Under the pieces are notes generated by a model. That model worked only from the letters and a program-made list of their open reading frames with translations, had not been told where the DNA came from and ran no database searches. Source: Bacteroidales bacterium UBA2800 (lineage in GTDB: Bacteria > Bacteroidota > Bacteroidia > Bacteroidales > Paludibacteraceae). From it: a stretch of DNA of 64,000 nt. Made by a program: the position numbers and the translations under genes. The stretch covers positions 14,942-78,941 of the forward strand of contig DEHM01000019.1 in assembly GCA_002351925.1 (NCBI GenBank), read 5' to 3'. This document shows, one piece after another, positions 15,555 through 24,098 of the stretch (position 1 is the first letter of the stretch; each line of letters starts with the position of its first letter).

Positions 15555-18500
15555 TTGTTCCTTACTAATCACACTAAAATCGAGGAGGCCTTCGGCGCGG
15601 CGTTGGCTGAGCCATTTGTAGAACGGCGGCGTGACGCGGATGGGTAGGGAACGACTGGTGAGTGCCACCTGTTGCCGGTTGATGGGGTCGTAGATGGTTA
15701 CATGGAGCCGTCCCTGACCTGGGTTGGCGTGTATAGTGTCAGCCAGATCGTCGATGAGTTCGGGCGTGACGGTGTCGAGCGAGAGACGCACCTGGAGTCC
15801 CTCGACGCGTTTGGCCTGCGTCTCGTTGAGCATCTCGACGGCCTGTACGACGAACTCGAACTCCGCCTTGTCGTCTTCGGTCTCGCGGAACCATTTCTGT
15901 CCGGCCCCTTTCTGCTGGACGACTCCGGAGACAAGGACATAGAGGTCCCTGAGCATGAGGTGCCCGAAGCGGCTGTAGGCGTTGCCGAAGAGTGCGAACT
16001 CGTAGCTGCCGGTATAGTCCTCGATGACATATCGGCCGTAGGGGTTGCCCTTCTGGCTGATACGCGATTCGGCCGAGGTGATGAGTCCGCCGATGAGGCA
16101 GGGCTGGTTCTTATGGGCCGCGATGAATTCAGACGGCAGCAGGGGTTTCTGTTCCAGCTCGTCGCCTCCTTCGGCTATCTCGATACGGATGCGTTTCTCG
16201 GCTTCGGCGCGTTCGTCGGGTTTGCGCCAGTGGTCGAAGAGGGAGAGCTCGGCGGCGTTGACGTTACACAACTCGCGTATCTCGAACTCATACTCGTCGA
16301 GCGGGTGGGCAGAGAGATAGATGCCGATGAGGTCTTTTTCGCGGTTGAGTCGTTCGATGGTGTCCCATCGCGGCACGACGGGCAGGTCGGGATGTTTGAT
16401 CTCAATGGCGTCGTTGAGGTCGCCGAAGAGCGAGTTGGCGTTGTTGGCGCGGTCGGCCTGCCATTTCTGGCCGTAGTTCATGAGCAGGTCGAGTCCGCTG
16501 TTGCCGGTTTCGTCCACGCCGAAGAACTGCTCGCGGTAGATATCGCCGAAGCACTCGAAAGCGCCGGCCTGGGCGAGACACTCGATGGTCTTACGGTTGC
16601 AGGACTGGAGGTTGACACGCTCGAGGAAATCGAAGATAGTGCGGTACTTGCCGTTTTTCTCGCGCTCGACGATGATGGCTTCTGCAGCGCCTTCGCCGAC
16701 GCCCTTGATACCTCCGAGACCGAAGCGGATGTCGCCTTTGCTATTAACCGTGAACGATAGCTCCGACTCGTTGACATCGGGCTCGAGCACACTCAGTCCG
16801 AGCGCACGGCACTCGTCCATGAGCTTGGTGACCTCCTTGATATCGTCCTTGTGGACGGTGAGGTTAGCCGCCATGAACTCGGCAGGGTAGTGGGCCTTGA
16901 GATAGCCGGTCTGGTAGGCCACCCACGAATAGCAGGCAGCGTGCGACTTGTTGAAGGCATAGGAGGCGAACTTCTCCCAGTCGGCCCAGATCTTGTTAAG
17001 CACCCGTTCGTCGTGTCCGTTTTTCTTACCGCCCTCCATGAACTTATCCTTGAGCGAGGCGAGGACGGCCATCTGCTTCTTACCCATCGCCTTACGTAGC
17101 TTATCGCTCTCGCCTCGGGTGAAGTCGGCCAGCAGACGACTGAGCAACATGACCTGCTCCTGGTACACCGTGACACCATATGTGTCCTTGAGGTATTTCT
17201 CCATGACGGGAATGTCGTACGTCACGGGCTCGATACCCTGTTTGCGCTTGATGAACTGCGGGATATAGTCCATCGGCCCGGGCCGATAGAGGGCGTTCAT
17301 GGCGATGAGGTCGCCGATGACGGTCGGTTTGAGTTCGCGCAGGTACTTCTGCATACCGGCCGACTCGAACTGGAAGACAGCGACGGTGCGACCTTCTTGG
17401 AAAAGTTTGTAGGTCAGCTCGTCGTCGATAGGGATATGGTCGATGTCGATGTCGATGCCGTGTGCACGCTTGATGTTACGCAGACACTCCTTGATGATGG
17501 TGAGGGTGATGAGGCCGAGGAAGTCCATCTTGATGAGTCCTACGGACTCTACCACGTGGCCGTCGTACTCGGTGACGAGCACCCGTTTCTTGGCGTTCTT
17601 ATCCTCGACGGACGAGAGGGGCGCGAAATTGGTGAGGTCGTCGGCACCGATGATGACGCCGCAGGCGTGTACGCCCACTTGGCGGATAGTGCCCTCAAGA
17701 CGCGCTGCGTACTGCAGCATGGTGCGCGTGTTAAGATCGCCCTGCTCGTACTCGCGCTTGAGTTCGTCGATATACCTATAGCAGTTGTTGAGGTTGACCT
17801 TAGGCGACTTGCCCTTGTCGTCCTTGATGTTGCCGGGGAACTCGCGGTCGGGTATGAGGCTCTTGAGCTCGTTGACACGGGCGAGGGGTATCTGCTGGAC
17901 GCGTCCCACGTCGGCCAGAGCCGACTTGGTAGCCATCTTACCATAGGTAACGATATGAGCCACATGGGTCTCGCCGTACTTACGGCTGACATAGTCGAGC
18001 ACTTTACCGCGTCCGCAATCTTCGAAGTCGGTATCGATATCGGGCAGGGAGATACGGTCGGGATTGAGGAAACGCTCGAACAGGAGGTCGTACTGCAGGG
18101 GGTCGAGGTCGGTGATCTTCAGACAGTAGGCCACCACACTACCGGCCGCCGAGCCACGTCCGGGACCTACCGACACGTCGAGTTCTTCGCGTGCGGCACG
18201 GATGAAATCCATGACGATGAGGAAATAGCCCGGGAAACCCATAGAGATAATGGTGTTGAGCTCGAACTCGATACGCTCTTTGAGCACCTCGTCGGTGTCG
18301 AGTCGCTCTTGTCCGTAGCGCTCCAGTGCACCCTGCATGGTGAGGTGGCGTAGGTAGGCCGACTCGAAGGCGAGACGGTCGGGATAGTCCTCTTCGCGAC
18401 CGAAACTCTCAGGAATGTCGAACTTAGGCATGATAGGTCCGTGGTCGATATCGTAAATCTCCACCTTGTCGACTATCTCCTGAGTGTTCTCCAGCGCCTC

Positions 18501-19355
18501 GGGCAGGTCGCTGAAGATAGCGGCCATCTCGTCGGGCGTCTTGATCCACTCCTGCTTGGTATAGTGCATGCGGTTGACATCGTTGACGTAGTGGTTGGTG
18601 CTGAGGCAGATGAGTCGGTCGTGCGCCTCGGCGTCCTCCTCGTTGACGAAGTGAGCATCGTTGGTAGCGATGAGCTTGATACCATATTTGCGTGCGAGGT
18701 CGATGAGGACCGGGTTGACCTGTTTCTGCCGCTCGTAGACCTCTTGGTCACCGCCGGGTTTCTGCGTCTCGTGGCGCTGCAACTCGATATAGTAGTCGTC
18801 GCCGAAGAGGTTCTTGAACCATTGTACCGTCTCTTCCGCCTCAGTGAAGTCGCCGCCTCTGGCGATACCGTCGAGTATCTTCTGCGGCAGCTCACCACCC
18901 AGACAGGCGGAGCAGCAGATGATACCTTCGTGCCAGCGCTCCAGCAACTCGCGGTCGATACGCGGGGTATGGTAGAACGCGTCGGACATATAGCCGTGGG
19001 AGACGAGTCGGCAGAGGTTGTGGTAGCCGGTGATGTTCTTCGCCAGCAGGATGAGGTGCCAACCGGAGCGGTCGATGGTATAGGTGCGCCCCTCGCCGTT
19101 GACGGCTTTGTCGTCGAGCATAGAGTGGCGTCCGCGGCGGGCACAATAGGCCTCAGTACCGACGATAGGCTTGAATCCCTCTTTCTTCTTGCAGTAGTCG
19201 AGCAGGTCCTTGATGCCGTACATGTTACCATGGTCGGTCAGCGCCACAGCATTCATGCCGGAGGCGATACACTTGTCGACAATCTCGTCTACCTTGGATA
19301 GTCCGTCGAGCAGCGAATAGTGGGAGTGAACATGCAAATGGGTAAAATTCATCAT
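15549..19355 (-). CDS. dnaE: DNA polymerase III alpha subunit
   Basis: 1268 aa. N-terminal PHP domain (FTHLHVHSHYSLLDG), polymerase core, HhH and OB-fold C-terminal region. Confidence 0.95.
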   Translation of the reverse strand: MMNFTHLHVHSHYSLLDGLSKVDEIVDKCIASGMNAVALTDHGNMYGIKDLLDYCKKKEGFKPIVGTEAYCARRGRHSMLDDKAVNGEGRTYTIDRSGWHLILLAKNITGYHNLCRLVSHGYMSDAFYHTPRIDRELLERWHEGIICCSACLGGELPQKILDGIARGGDFTEAEETVQWFKNLFGDDYYIELQRHETQKPGGDQEVYERQKQVNPVLIDLARKYGIKLIATNDAHFVNEEDAEAHDRLICLSTNHYVNDVNRMHYTKQEWIKTPDEMAAIFSDLPEALENTQEIVDKVEIYDIDHGPIMPKFDIPESFGREEDYPDRLAFESAYLRHLTMQGALERYGQERLDTDEVLKERIEFELNTIISMGFPGYFLIVMDFIRAAREELDVSVGPGRGSAAGSVVAYCLKITDLDPLQYDLLFERFLNPDRISLPDIDTDFEDCGRGKVLDYVSRKYGETHVAHIVTYGKMATKSALADVGRVQQIPLARVNELKSLIPDREFPGNIKDDKGKSPKVNLNNCYRYIDELKREYEQGDLNTRTMLQYAARLEGTIRQVGVHACGVIIGADDLTNFAPLSSVEDKNAKKRVLVTEYDGHVVESVGLIKMDFLGLITLTIIKECLRNIKRAHGIDIDIDHIPIDDELTYKLFQEGRTVAVFQFESAGMQKYLRELKPTVIGDLIAMNALYRPGPMDYIPQFIKRKQGIEPVTYDIPVMEKYLKDTYGVTVYQEQVMLLSRLLADFTRGESDKLRKAMGKKQMAVLASLKDKFMEGGKKNGHDERVLNKIWADWEKFASYAFNKSHAACYSWVAYQTGYLKAHYPAEFMAANLTVHKDDIKEVTKLMDECRALGLSVLEPDVNESELSFTVNSKGDIRFGLGGIKGVGEGAAEAIIVEREKNGKYRTIFDFLERVNLQSCNRKTIECLAQAGAFECFGDIYREQFFGVDETGNSGLDLLMNYGQKWQADRANNANSLFGDLNDAIEIKHPDLPVVPRWDTIERLNREKDLIGIYLSAHPLDEYEFEIRELCNVNAAELSLFDHWRKPDERAEAEKRIRIEIAEGGDELEQKPLLPSEFIAAHKNQPCLIGGLITSAESRISQKGNPYGRYVIEDYTGSYEFALFGNAYSRFGHLMLRDLYVLVSGVVQQKGAGQKWFRETEDDKAEFEFVVQAVEMLNETQAKRVEGLQVRLSLDTVTPELIDDLADTIHANPGQGRLHVTIYDPINRQQVALTSRSLPIRVTPPFYKWLSQRRAEGLLDFSVISKEQV

Positions 19356-19375
19356 CGTAATCGTTTAGCGGGTGC

Positions 19376-19406
19376 AAAGGTACTACTTTTTTCGCATGTA
19401 TGCAAA
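19376..19406 (-). promoter_or_regulatory. Promoter for dnaE (TTG-N20-TACCTTTG)
   Basis: The reverse complement reads TTGCATACATGCGAAAAAAGTAGTACCTTTGCACCC. Confidence 0.65.
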
Positions 19407-19433
19407 AAAAAACGCATGTTGGTGCAATTTTTC

Positions 19434-19464
19434 TTGTTTATGTCAAAAAAATGTAGTACTTTTG
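19434..19464 (+). promoter_or_regulatory. Promoter for the kinase-RapZ fusion and MurU-like gene (TTG-N20-TACTTTTG)
   Basis: cTTGTTTATGTCAAAAAAATGTAGTACTTTTGCACG. Confidence 0.68.
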
Positions 19465-19504
19465 CACGCAAAATTGGATGAGGCGAAACACGCCGAATTA
19501 GCTT

Positions 19505-20854
19505 ATGATCAAACAGCAAGGAAGCAACCGTGTCTATACGCGAGAGACGAACGCCGCGGGGCGCAGCGTGATACGCGTGGTAGGCACCAATAGGGACGAG
19601 AACCGTGCGTTCCTCTATATGGCGCGCCATTTCCACGCCTTGGGACTACCCGTGCCGGAGGTGTACAGCGTGAGTGAGGACGAGATGAGTTATACCCAGG
19701 AGGACCTGGGCGACACCCTGCTTTTCAGCCGTCTGGAGCCCACGCTACTGGAGCGTACTATACGCGCGCTGGCACATGTGCAGGTGGAGGGCGCGAAAGA
19801 TTTCGACTGGAGCGTGTGTTTCCCCGTGCCGGCGATGGACGAGCGGTCGATACGCTGGGATCTGAACTACTTCAAATACTGCTTTCTGAAGGGCACGAAG
19901 ATCGAGTTCTCGGAGCCGAAACTGGAGGATGAGTTCGACCGACTGGTGCAGGTCATCCTGGCGCAACCGGCCGACACGTTCCTCTACCGCGACATGCAGA
20001 GTCGCAACGTGATGATCAAAGACGAGCAACCGTATTTCATTGATTTCCAGGGCGGTCGGCGCGGTCCGACGCAGTACGACGTGGCGTCGTTCCTCTGGCA
20101 GGCCAAAGCGAATCTGGCCCCCGCCTTGCGCGAACAGCTGATAGAGGCCTATCTGGACGAACTGCGAAAGCTGCAACCCGAGCTGGACGAAGCCGCTTGG
20201 CGTGCGGCGCTGCCGCATTTCGTATTGTTCCGAACACTGCAGGTGCTGGGGGCGTACGGCTACAGGGGCTATTTCGAGCGGAAACCGCATTTCCTGGAGT
20301 CGATACCGCTGGCGTTGCGTAACCTGCGAGAGGTGCTTGCCGGCCTAAACGACTACCCCTATCTGCGGGAGTTAGCCGAGAGTCTGACAGCCCAAGGCGG
20401 TCCGGCAGTGAAACGGTCTGTCAGCACCAGCGGTCTATCAGCCGCAGGCGGTCTGACCGTCACGGTCTATTCGTTCTCGTTCAAGAAAGGTGTGCCGGCC
20501 GATGAATCTGGTAACGGCGGCGGATATGTGTTCGACTGCCGCAGTACGCACAATCCCGGCAAGTATGAGGAATATAAGACGCTGACGGGTCTGGACCAGC
20601 CGGTTATCGACTTCCTGGAGCAGGACGGCGAGATACGTACGTTCTTGGAGTCGGTGGATAAACTGGTAGACCACCACGTAGAGCGATTCCTGGAGCGCGG
20701 CTTCAGCCATCTGCAGGTGGCTTTCGGCTGCACGGGCGGTCAGCACCGGTCGGTCTATAGCGCCGAACATCTGGCGAAGCGGCTCAGGGAGAAATATGGG
20801 GTGCGGGTGCATCTTATTCACCGAGAAAGGGGGATAGAACGATGGTTGGAATGA
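19505..20854 (+). CDS. Fusion protein: APH-fold sugar kinase (AmgK-like) plus RapZ C-terminal-type domain
   Basis: The N-terminal ~300 aa form a phosphotransferase (APH) fold (QGSNRVYTR, FLYRDMQSRNVMI, FIDFQG). The C-terminal ~135 aa align from memory with the E. coli RapZ C-terminal domain: FSFKKGVP/FGFKHGIP, YVFDCR..HNP/YVFDVRFLPNP, LTGLDQPV/MTGLDKPV, FGCTGGQHRSVY/IGCTGGKHRSVY. An in-frame TAG at 19499 fixes the start. Confidence 0.75.
   Translation: MIKQQGSNRVYTRETNAAGRSVIRVVGTNRDENRAFLYMARHFHALGLPVPEVYSVSEDEMSYTQEDLGDTLLFSRLEPTLLERTIRALAHVQVEGAKDFDWSVCFPVPAMDERSIRWDLNYFKYCFLKGTKIEFSEPKLEDEFDRLVQVILAQPADTFLYRDMQSRNVMIKDEQPYFIDFQGGRRGPTQYDVASFLWQAKANLAPALREQLIEAYLDELRKLQPELDEAAWRAALPHFVLFRTLQVLGAYGYRGYFERKPHFLESIPLALRNLREVLAGLNDYPYLRELAESLTAQGGPAVKRSVSTSGLSAAGGLTVTVYSFSFKKGVPADESGNGGGYVFDCRSTHNPGKYEEYKTLTGLDQPVIDFLEQDGEIRTFLESVDKLVDHHVERFLERGFSHLQVAFGCTGGQHRSVYSAEHLAKRLREKYGVRVHLIHRERGIERWLE
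20414..20468. repeat. CGGTCT-word repeat x4 (periods 17, 18, 14) forming the interdomain linker of the kinase-RapZ fusion
   Basis: CGGTCTgtcagcaccag CGGTCTatcagccgcagg CGGTCTgaccgtca CGGTCT. Confidence 0.85.
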
Positions 20855-21564
20855 TTTTTGCAGCGGGCTTGGGTACGCGTCTGAAACCCCTGACCGATAC
20901 GATGCCGAAGGCCTTGTTGCCGCTGGCCGGCAAACCGCTGCTGCAGTGGCAAGTAGAGCAGTTGCGCGAAGCGGGTGTCAGCGACATCATCGTCAACGTG
21001 CACCATTTTGCCGACATGATCATCGACACCATCCGTGCGAACGACGGCTGGGGCTGCCGTATCGAGGTGTCGGACGAACGCGACGAACTGCTGGAGACCG
21101 GCGGAGGACTCCGAAAAGCGATTACAGGGCAGGGCTTACAGGGCGCGGACGAACCGATACTGGCCTGCAACGTAGATATACTTAGCAATATCCGGATACG
21201 CGAGCTGGTGGATCGCTACGCCCGCAGCGGAGTGAGTCAACTGGTGGTCAGCGAGCGCCAGACGCAGCGTTATCTCTGTTTCGACGCGACAGACCGGCTG
21301 TGCGGCTGGACCAATATCGCCACCGGCGAACTCAAGGGCCACGAAGGCCGGCATCTGGCATTCAGCGGGATGCAGTTACTGAGTCCCGAAGCGCTGCAGC
21401 AGTTGCAGCAGAAGCCGGCGGGTAAGTTCTCCCTGATAGCGTTCTATCTGGACCACATGAACGACCTGCCGCTGCAGGCCTTCGTGCCGACCGACTACCG
21501 GATGATGGACGTCGGCAAGATAGACCAATTGGCCGATGCCGAACGGTTCGCGGAGAGCCTCTGA
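20842..21564 (+). CDS. Sugar-1-phosphate nucleotidyltransferase (MurU-like)
   Basis: AAGLGTRLKPLT nucleotide-binding motif. It overlaps the upstream kinase; ATG 20851 (ATGA overlap) is an alternative start. The kinase plus nucleotidyltransferase pairing resembles AmgK-MurU, but LicA/LicC-type alternatives are not excluded. Confidence 0.7.
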   Translation: MVGMIFAAGLGTRLKPLTDTMPKALLPLAGKPLLQWQVEQLREAGVSDIIVNVHHFADMIIDTIRANDGWGCRIEVSDERDELLETGGGLRKAITGQGLQGADEPILACNVDILSNIRIRELVDRYARSGVSQLVVSERQTQRYLCFDATDRLCGWTNIATGELKGHEGRHLAFSGMQLLSPEALQQLQQKPAGKFSLIAFYLDHMNDLPLQAFVPTDYRMMDVGKIDQLADAERFAESL

Positions 21565-21585
21565 CGCAAAAAAATAGAGTAAAAA

Positions 21586-21617
21586 TTTGCATATATGCAA
21601 AAAATGTAGTACTTTTG
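21586..21617 (+). promoter_or_regulatory. Promoter for fumarate hydratase (TTTG-N20-TACTTTTG)
   Basis: TTTGCATATATGCAAAAAATGTAGTACTTTTGCACG. The 14-nt palindrome TTGCATATATGCAA (21587-21600) overlaps the -33 element. Confidence 0.7.
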
Positions 21618-21651
21618 CACGCTCAATTGAAATCATTAACACACAAATACT

Positions 21652-23289
21652 ATGGAATTTAAGTATGCACCGATGTTCCAACTCGGCAAGGACGAGACGG
21701 AGTATTATCTGCTGACCAAGGACTATGTGTCGGTCAGCGAGTTTGAAGGACACGAGATTTTGAAAGTGCAGCCGGAAGCGCTGACCTTGATGGCGCAACA
21801 GGCTTTTCATGACGTCAGTTTCATGCTGCGTCGCTCGCACAACGAGCAGGTAGCGAAGATCCTTCGCGACCCGGAGGCTTCGGCCAACGATAAGTATGTA
21901 GCGCTGACTTTCCTGCGCAATGCGGAGGTGGCTTGTAAGGGCCAGCTGCCGCTCTGCCAGGACACCGGAACGGCTATCATCCATGGCGAGAAAGGCCAGG
22001 AGGTCTGGACCGGTTTCTGCGACGAAGAGGCGCTGAGCCGTGGTGTGTTCAACACCTATACCGAGTGCAACCTGCGTTACAGCCAGAACGCGCCGCTCAA
22101 CATGTACGACGAGGTGAACACCAAGTGTAACCTGCCTGCGCAGATCGACCTGGAGGCTACCGAAGGTGCGGAGTATCGTTTCCTGTGCGTGACGAAAGGG
22201 GGCGGTTCGGCCAACAAGACCTACCTCTATCAGGAGACCAAGGCGCGTATCCAGAACCCGGGTACACTGATTCCGTTCCTCGTGGAGAAAATGAAATCCC
22301 TCGGTACCGCTGCTTGTCCGCCGTATCATATCGCGATCGTCATCGGTGGTACGAGTGCGGAGAAGAACCTGCTGACGGTGAAACTCGCTTCGACCCATTA
22401 CTACGACGCACTGCCCACGACGGGCGACGAGACGGGTCGTGCGTTCCGCGATGTAGAGCTGGAGAAACAGCTGCTGCAGGAGGCCTATAAGATAGGGCTG
22501 GGTGCACAGTTCGGCGGTAAGTATATGGCGCACGATGTGCGTGTCGTTCGTCTGCCGCGTCACGGCGCCAGCTGTCCGATCGGTCTGGGCGTGAGCTGCT
22601 CGGCTGACCGAAATATCAAATGTAAGATCAACCGCGACGGTATCTGGATTGAGAAACTCGACAACAACCCTGCGAGCCTCATTCCCGAAGAACTGCGTCA
22701 GGCCGGCGAAGGCGACGCCGTACGTATCAACCTCAACCAGCCGATGGCGGATGTATGTAAGATACTGACGAAATACCCGATCGGTACGCGTCTGAGCCTG
22801 AACGGCACAATCATCGTGGGTCGCGACATTGCCCATGCGAAGATCAAAGCCCGTCTGGACGCCGGCGAGCCGATGCCCGAATATCTGAAGAACCATCCTA
22901 TCTACTATGCCGGTCCGGCGAAGACTCCGGCAGGTATGGCGTGCGGTTCGATGGGCCCGACCACTGCCGGTCGTATGGATCCGTATGTAGACGAGTTCCA
23001 GGATCACGGCGGCTCGATGATCATGCTCGCCAAGGGTAACCGCTCCATCGACGTCACCAACGCTTGCCAGAAACACGGCGGTTTCTATCTGGGCTCTATC
23101 GGAGGCCCGGCTGCTATTCTGGCGCAGAACAATATCAAGTCGATTGAGTGCGTAGAGTACCCCGAACTGGGTATGGAGGCTATCTGGAAGATCGAAGTGG
23201 AGAACTTCCCCGCCTTCATCCTGGTGGACGACAAAGGCAACGATTTCTTTAAACAACTCAAACCCTGCGCGGGTTGCACCATCCTCTAA
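21652..23289 (+). CDS. Class I (Fe-S) fumarate hydratase
   Basis: 545 aa, the length class of FumA/FumB. Contains the LCQDTGTAI motif and a C-terminal beta-subunit-type domain. Confidence 0.9.
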   Translation: MEFKYAPMFQLGKDETEYYLLTKDYVSVSEFEGHEILKVQPEALTLMAQQAFHDVSFMLRRSHNEQVAKILRDPEASANDKYVALTFLRNAEVACKGQLPLCQDTGTAIIHGEKGQEVWTGFCDEEALSRGVFNTYTECNLRYSQNAPLNMYDEVNTKCNLPAQIDLEATEGAEYRFLCVTKGGGSANKTYLYQETKARIQNPGTLIPFLVEKMKSLGTAACPPYHIAIVIGGTSAEKNLLTVKLASTHYYDALPTTGDETGRAFRDVELEKQLLQEAYKIGLGAQFGGKYMAHDVRVVRLPRHGASCPIGLGVSCSADRNIKCKINRDGIWIEKLDNNPASLIPEELRQAGEGDAVRINLNQPMADVCKILTKYPIGTRLSLNGTIIVGRDIAHAKIKARLDAGEPMPEYLKNHPIYYAGPAKTPAGMACGSMGPTTAGRMDPYVDEFQDHGGSMIMLAKGNRSIDVTNACQKHGGFYLGSIGGPAAILAQNNIKSIECVEYPELGMEAIWKIEVENFPAFILVDDKGNDFFKQLKPCAGCTIL

Positions 23290-24098
23290 TGGCAGACAGT
23301 AGACGCAAATATCGCTTGGCGATGCTGGAAGATCGCACGTTGCGTGAGGTCTTCCACATCCGCATGAGTGCGCTGGGTGCGTTCTCGTTTCTGACGCTGG
23401 TCTTTGTGCTGCTCATATGTCTGCTGTCGGTGCTCATCGTCTATACGCCGGTGCGAAATATCCTGCCGGGTTACAGCGAGAGTATTCGTCAGCAACTCAT
23501 CGATGAGTCGGCGCGGGTGGACAGTCTGCAGACCGACCTGAGTCTGCAGCGCCGTTATCTGGATGTCATCAAGCAGTTGACGGCCGGCGATATCCAGTCC
23601 GATAGTGTGCAGAGTCTGGACAGTCTGCAGCGCGTGGAGCGTACGCAGATACTGGAGCAACGCAATGAGGCGACCGATGAGTTTATCTCCCAGTACGAGC
23701 AGAAAGAGCGCGACCGTTTGATGCTCTTCGACACCCAGACACCGACGACGTCGCAGACCCTTTTCCGTCCCGTACGCGGCACCATCACCCAGCGCCCGGA
23801 TTTCCAGCGGCACGAGTATGCACTGGCGTTGCGAGTAGCTAAGAACGAGAACGTGGCATCGGTGCTGCGCGGCACCATCGTCTACGAGGAACGCGCACTG
23901 GATAACACCTCTACCATCGTCATCCAGCACCACCAGTACGTCAGCACCTATCGTCATGTGTCCAGCGTGCTCAAGCCGGTAGGCACACGCGTAGAGGCGG
24001 GTGAGTCAATCGGATTGATGGACGGCACCCACGAGCTGCTGTTCGAGCTCTGGAAAGCCGGTCAGCCCGTGCAACCCGAAGAAGTGATAATGTGGTAA
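23289..24098 (+). CDS. Membrane-anchored degenerate LytM (M23-like) domain protein
   Basis: ATG 23289 overlaps the fumarase stop (TAATG). There is one TM helix, a coiled region and a C-terminal LytM fold in which the metal ligands are replaced (see findings). Confidence 0.72.
   Translation: MADSRRKYRLAMLEDRTLREVFHIRMSALGAFSFLTLVFVLLICLLSVLIVYTPVRNILPGYSESIRQQLIDESARVDSLQTDLSLQRRYLDVIKQLTAGDIQSDSVQSLDSLQRVERTQILEQRNEATDEFISQYEQKERDRLMLFDTQTPTTSQTLFRPVRGTITQRPDFQRHEYALALRVAKNENVASVLRGTIVYEERALDNTSTIVIQHHQYVSTYRHVSSVLKPVGTRVEAGESIGLMDGTHELLFELWKAGQPVQPEEVIMW

Noticed and set aside
21376-23256. A 626-aa ORF antisense to the fumarase gene, and many similar long antisense or overlapping ORFs in the track (for example 1441-2316, 8279-9250, 15672-16760, 17397-18353, 24350-25183, 25705-26685, 27777-28799, 36208-37686, 39272-40525, 42429-43472, 43522-44808, 49412-50509, 54929-56095, 57305-58315, 59027-60772, 60812-62350, 62354-63547).
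   Set aside because: Each lies opposite a gene with clear family motifs. Their translations are Arg/Gly/Val/His-rich low-complexity with no recognisable motifs. Long stop-free antisense frames are expected at this GC content.
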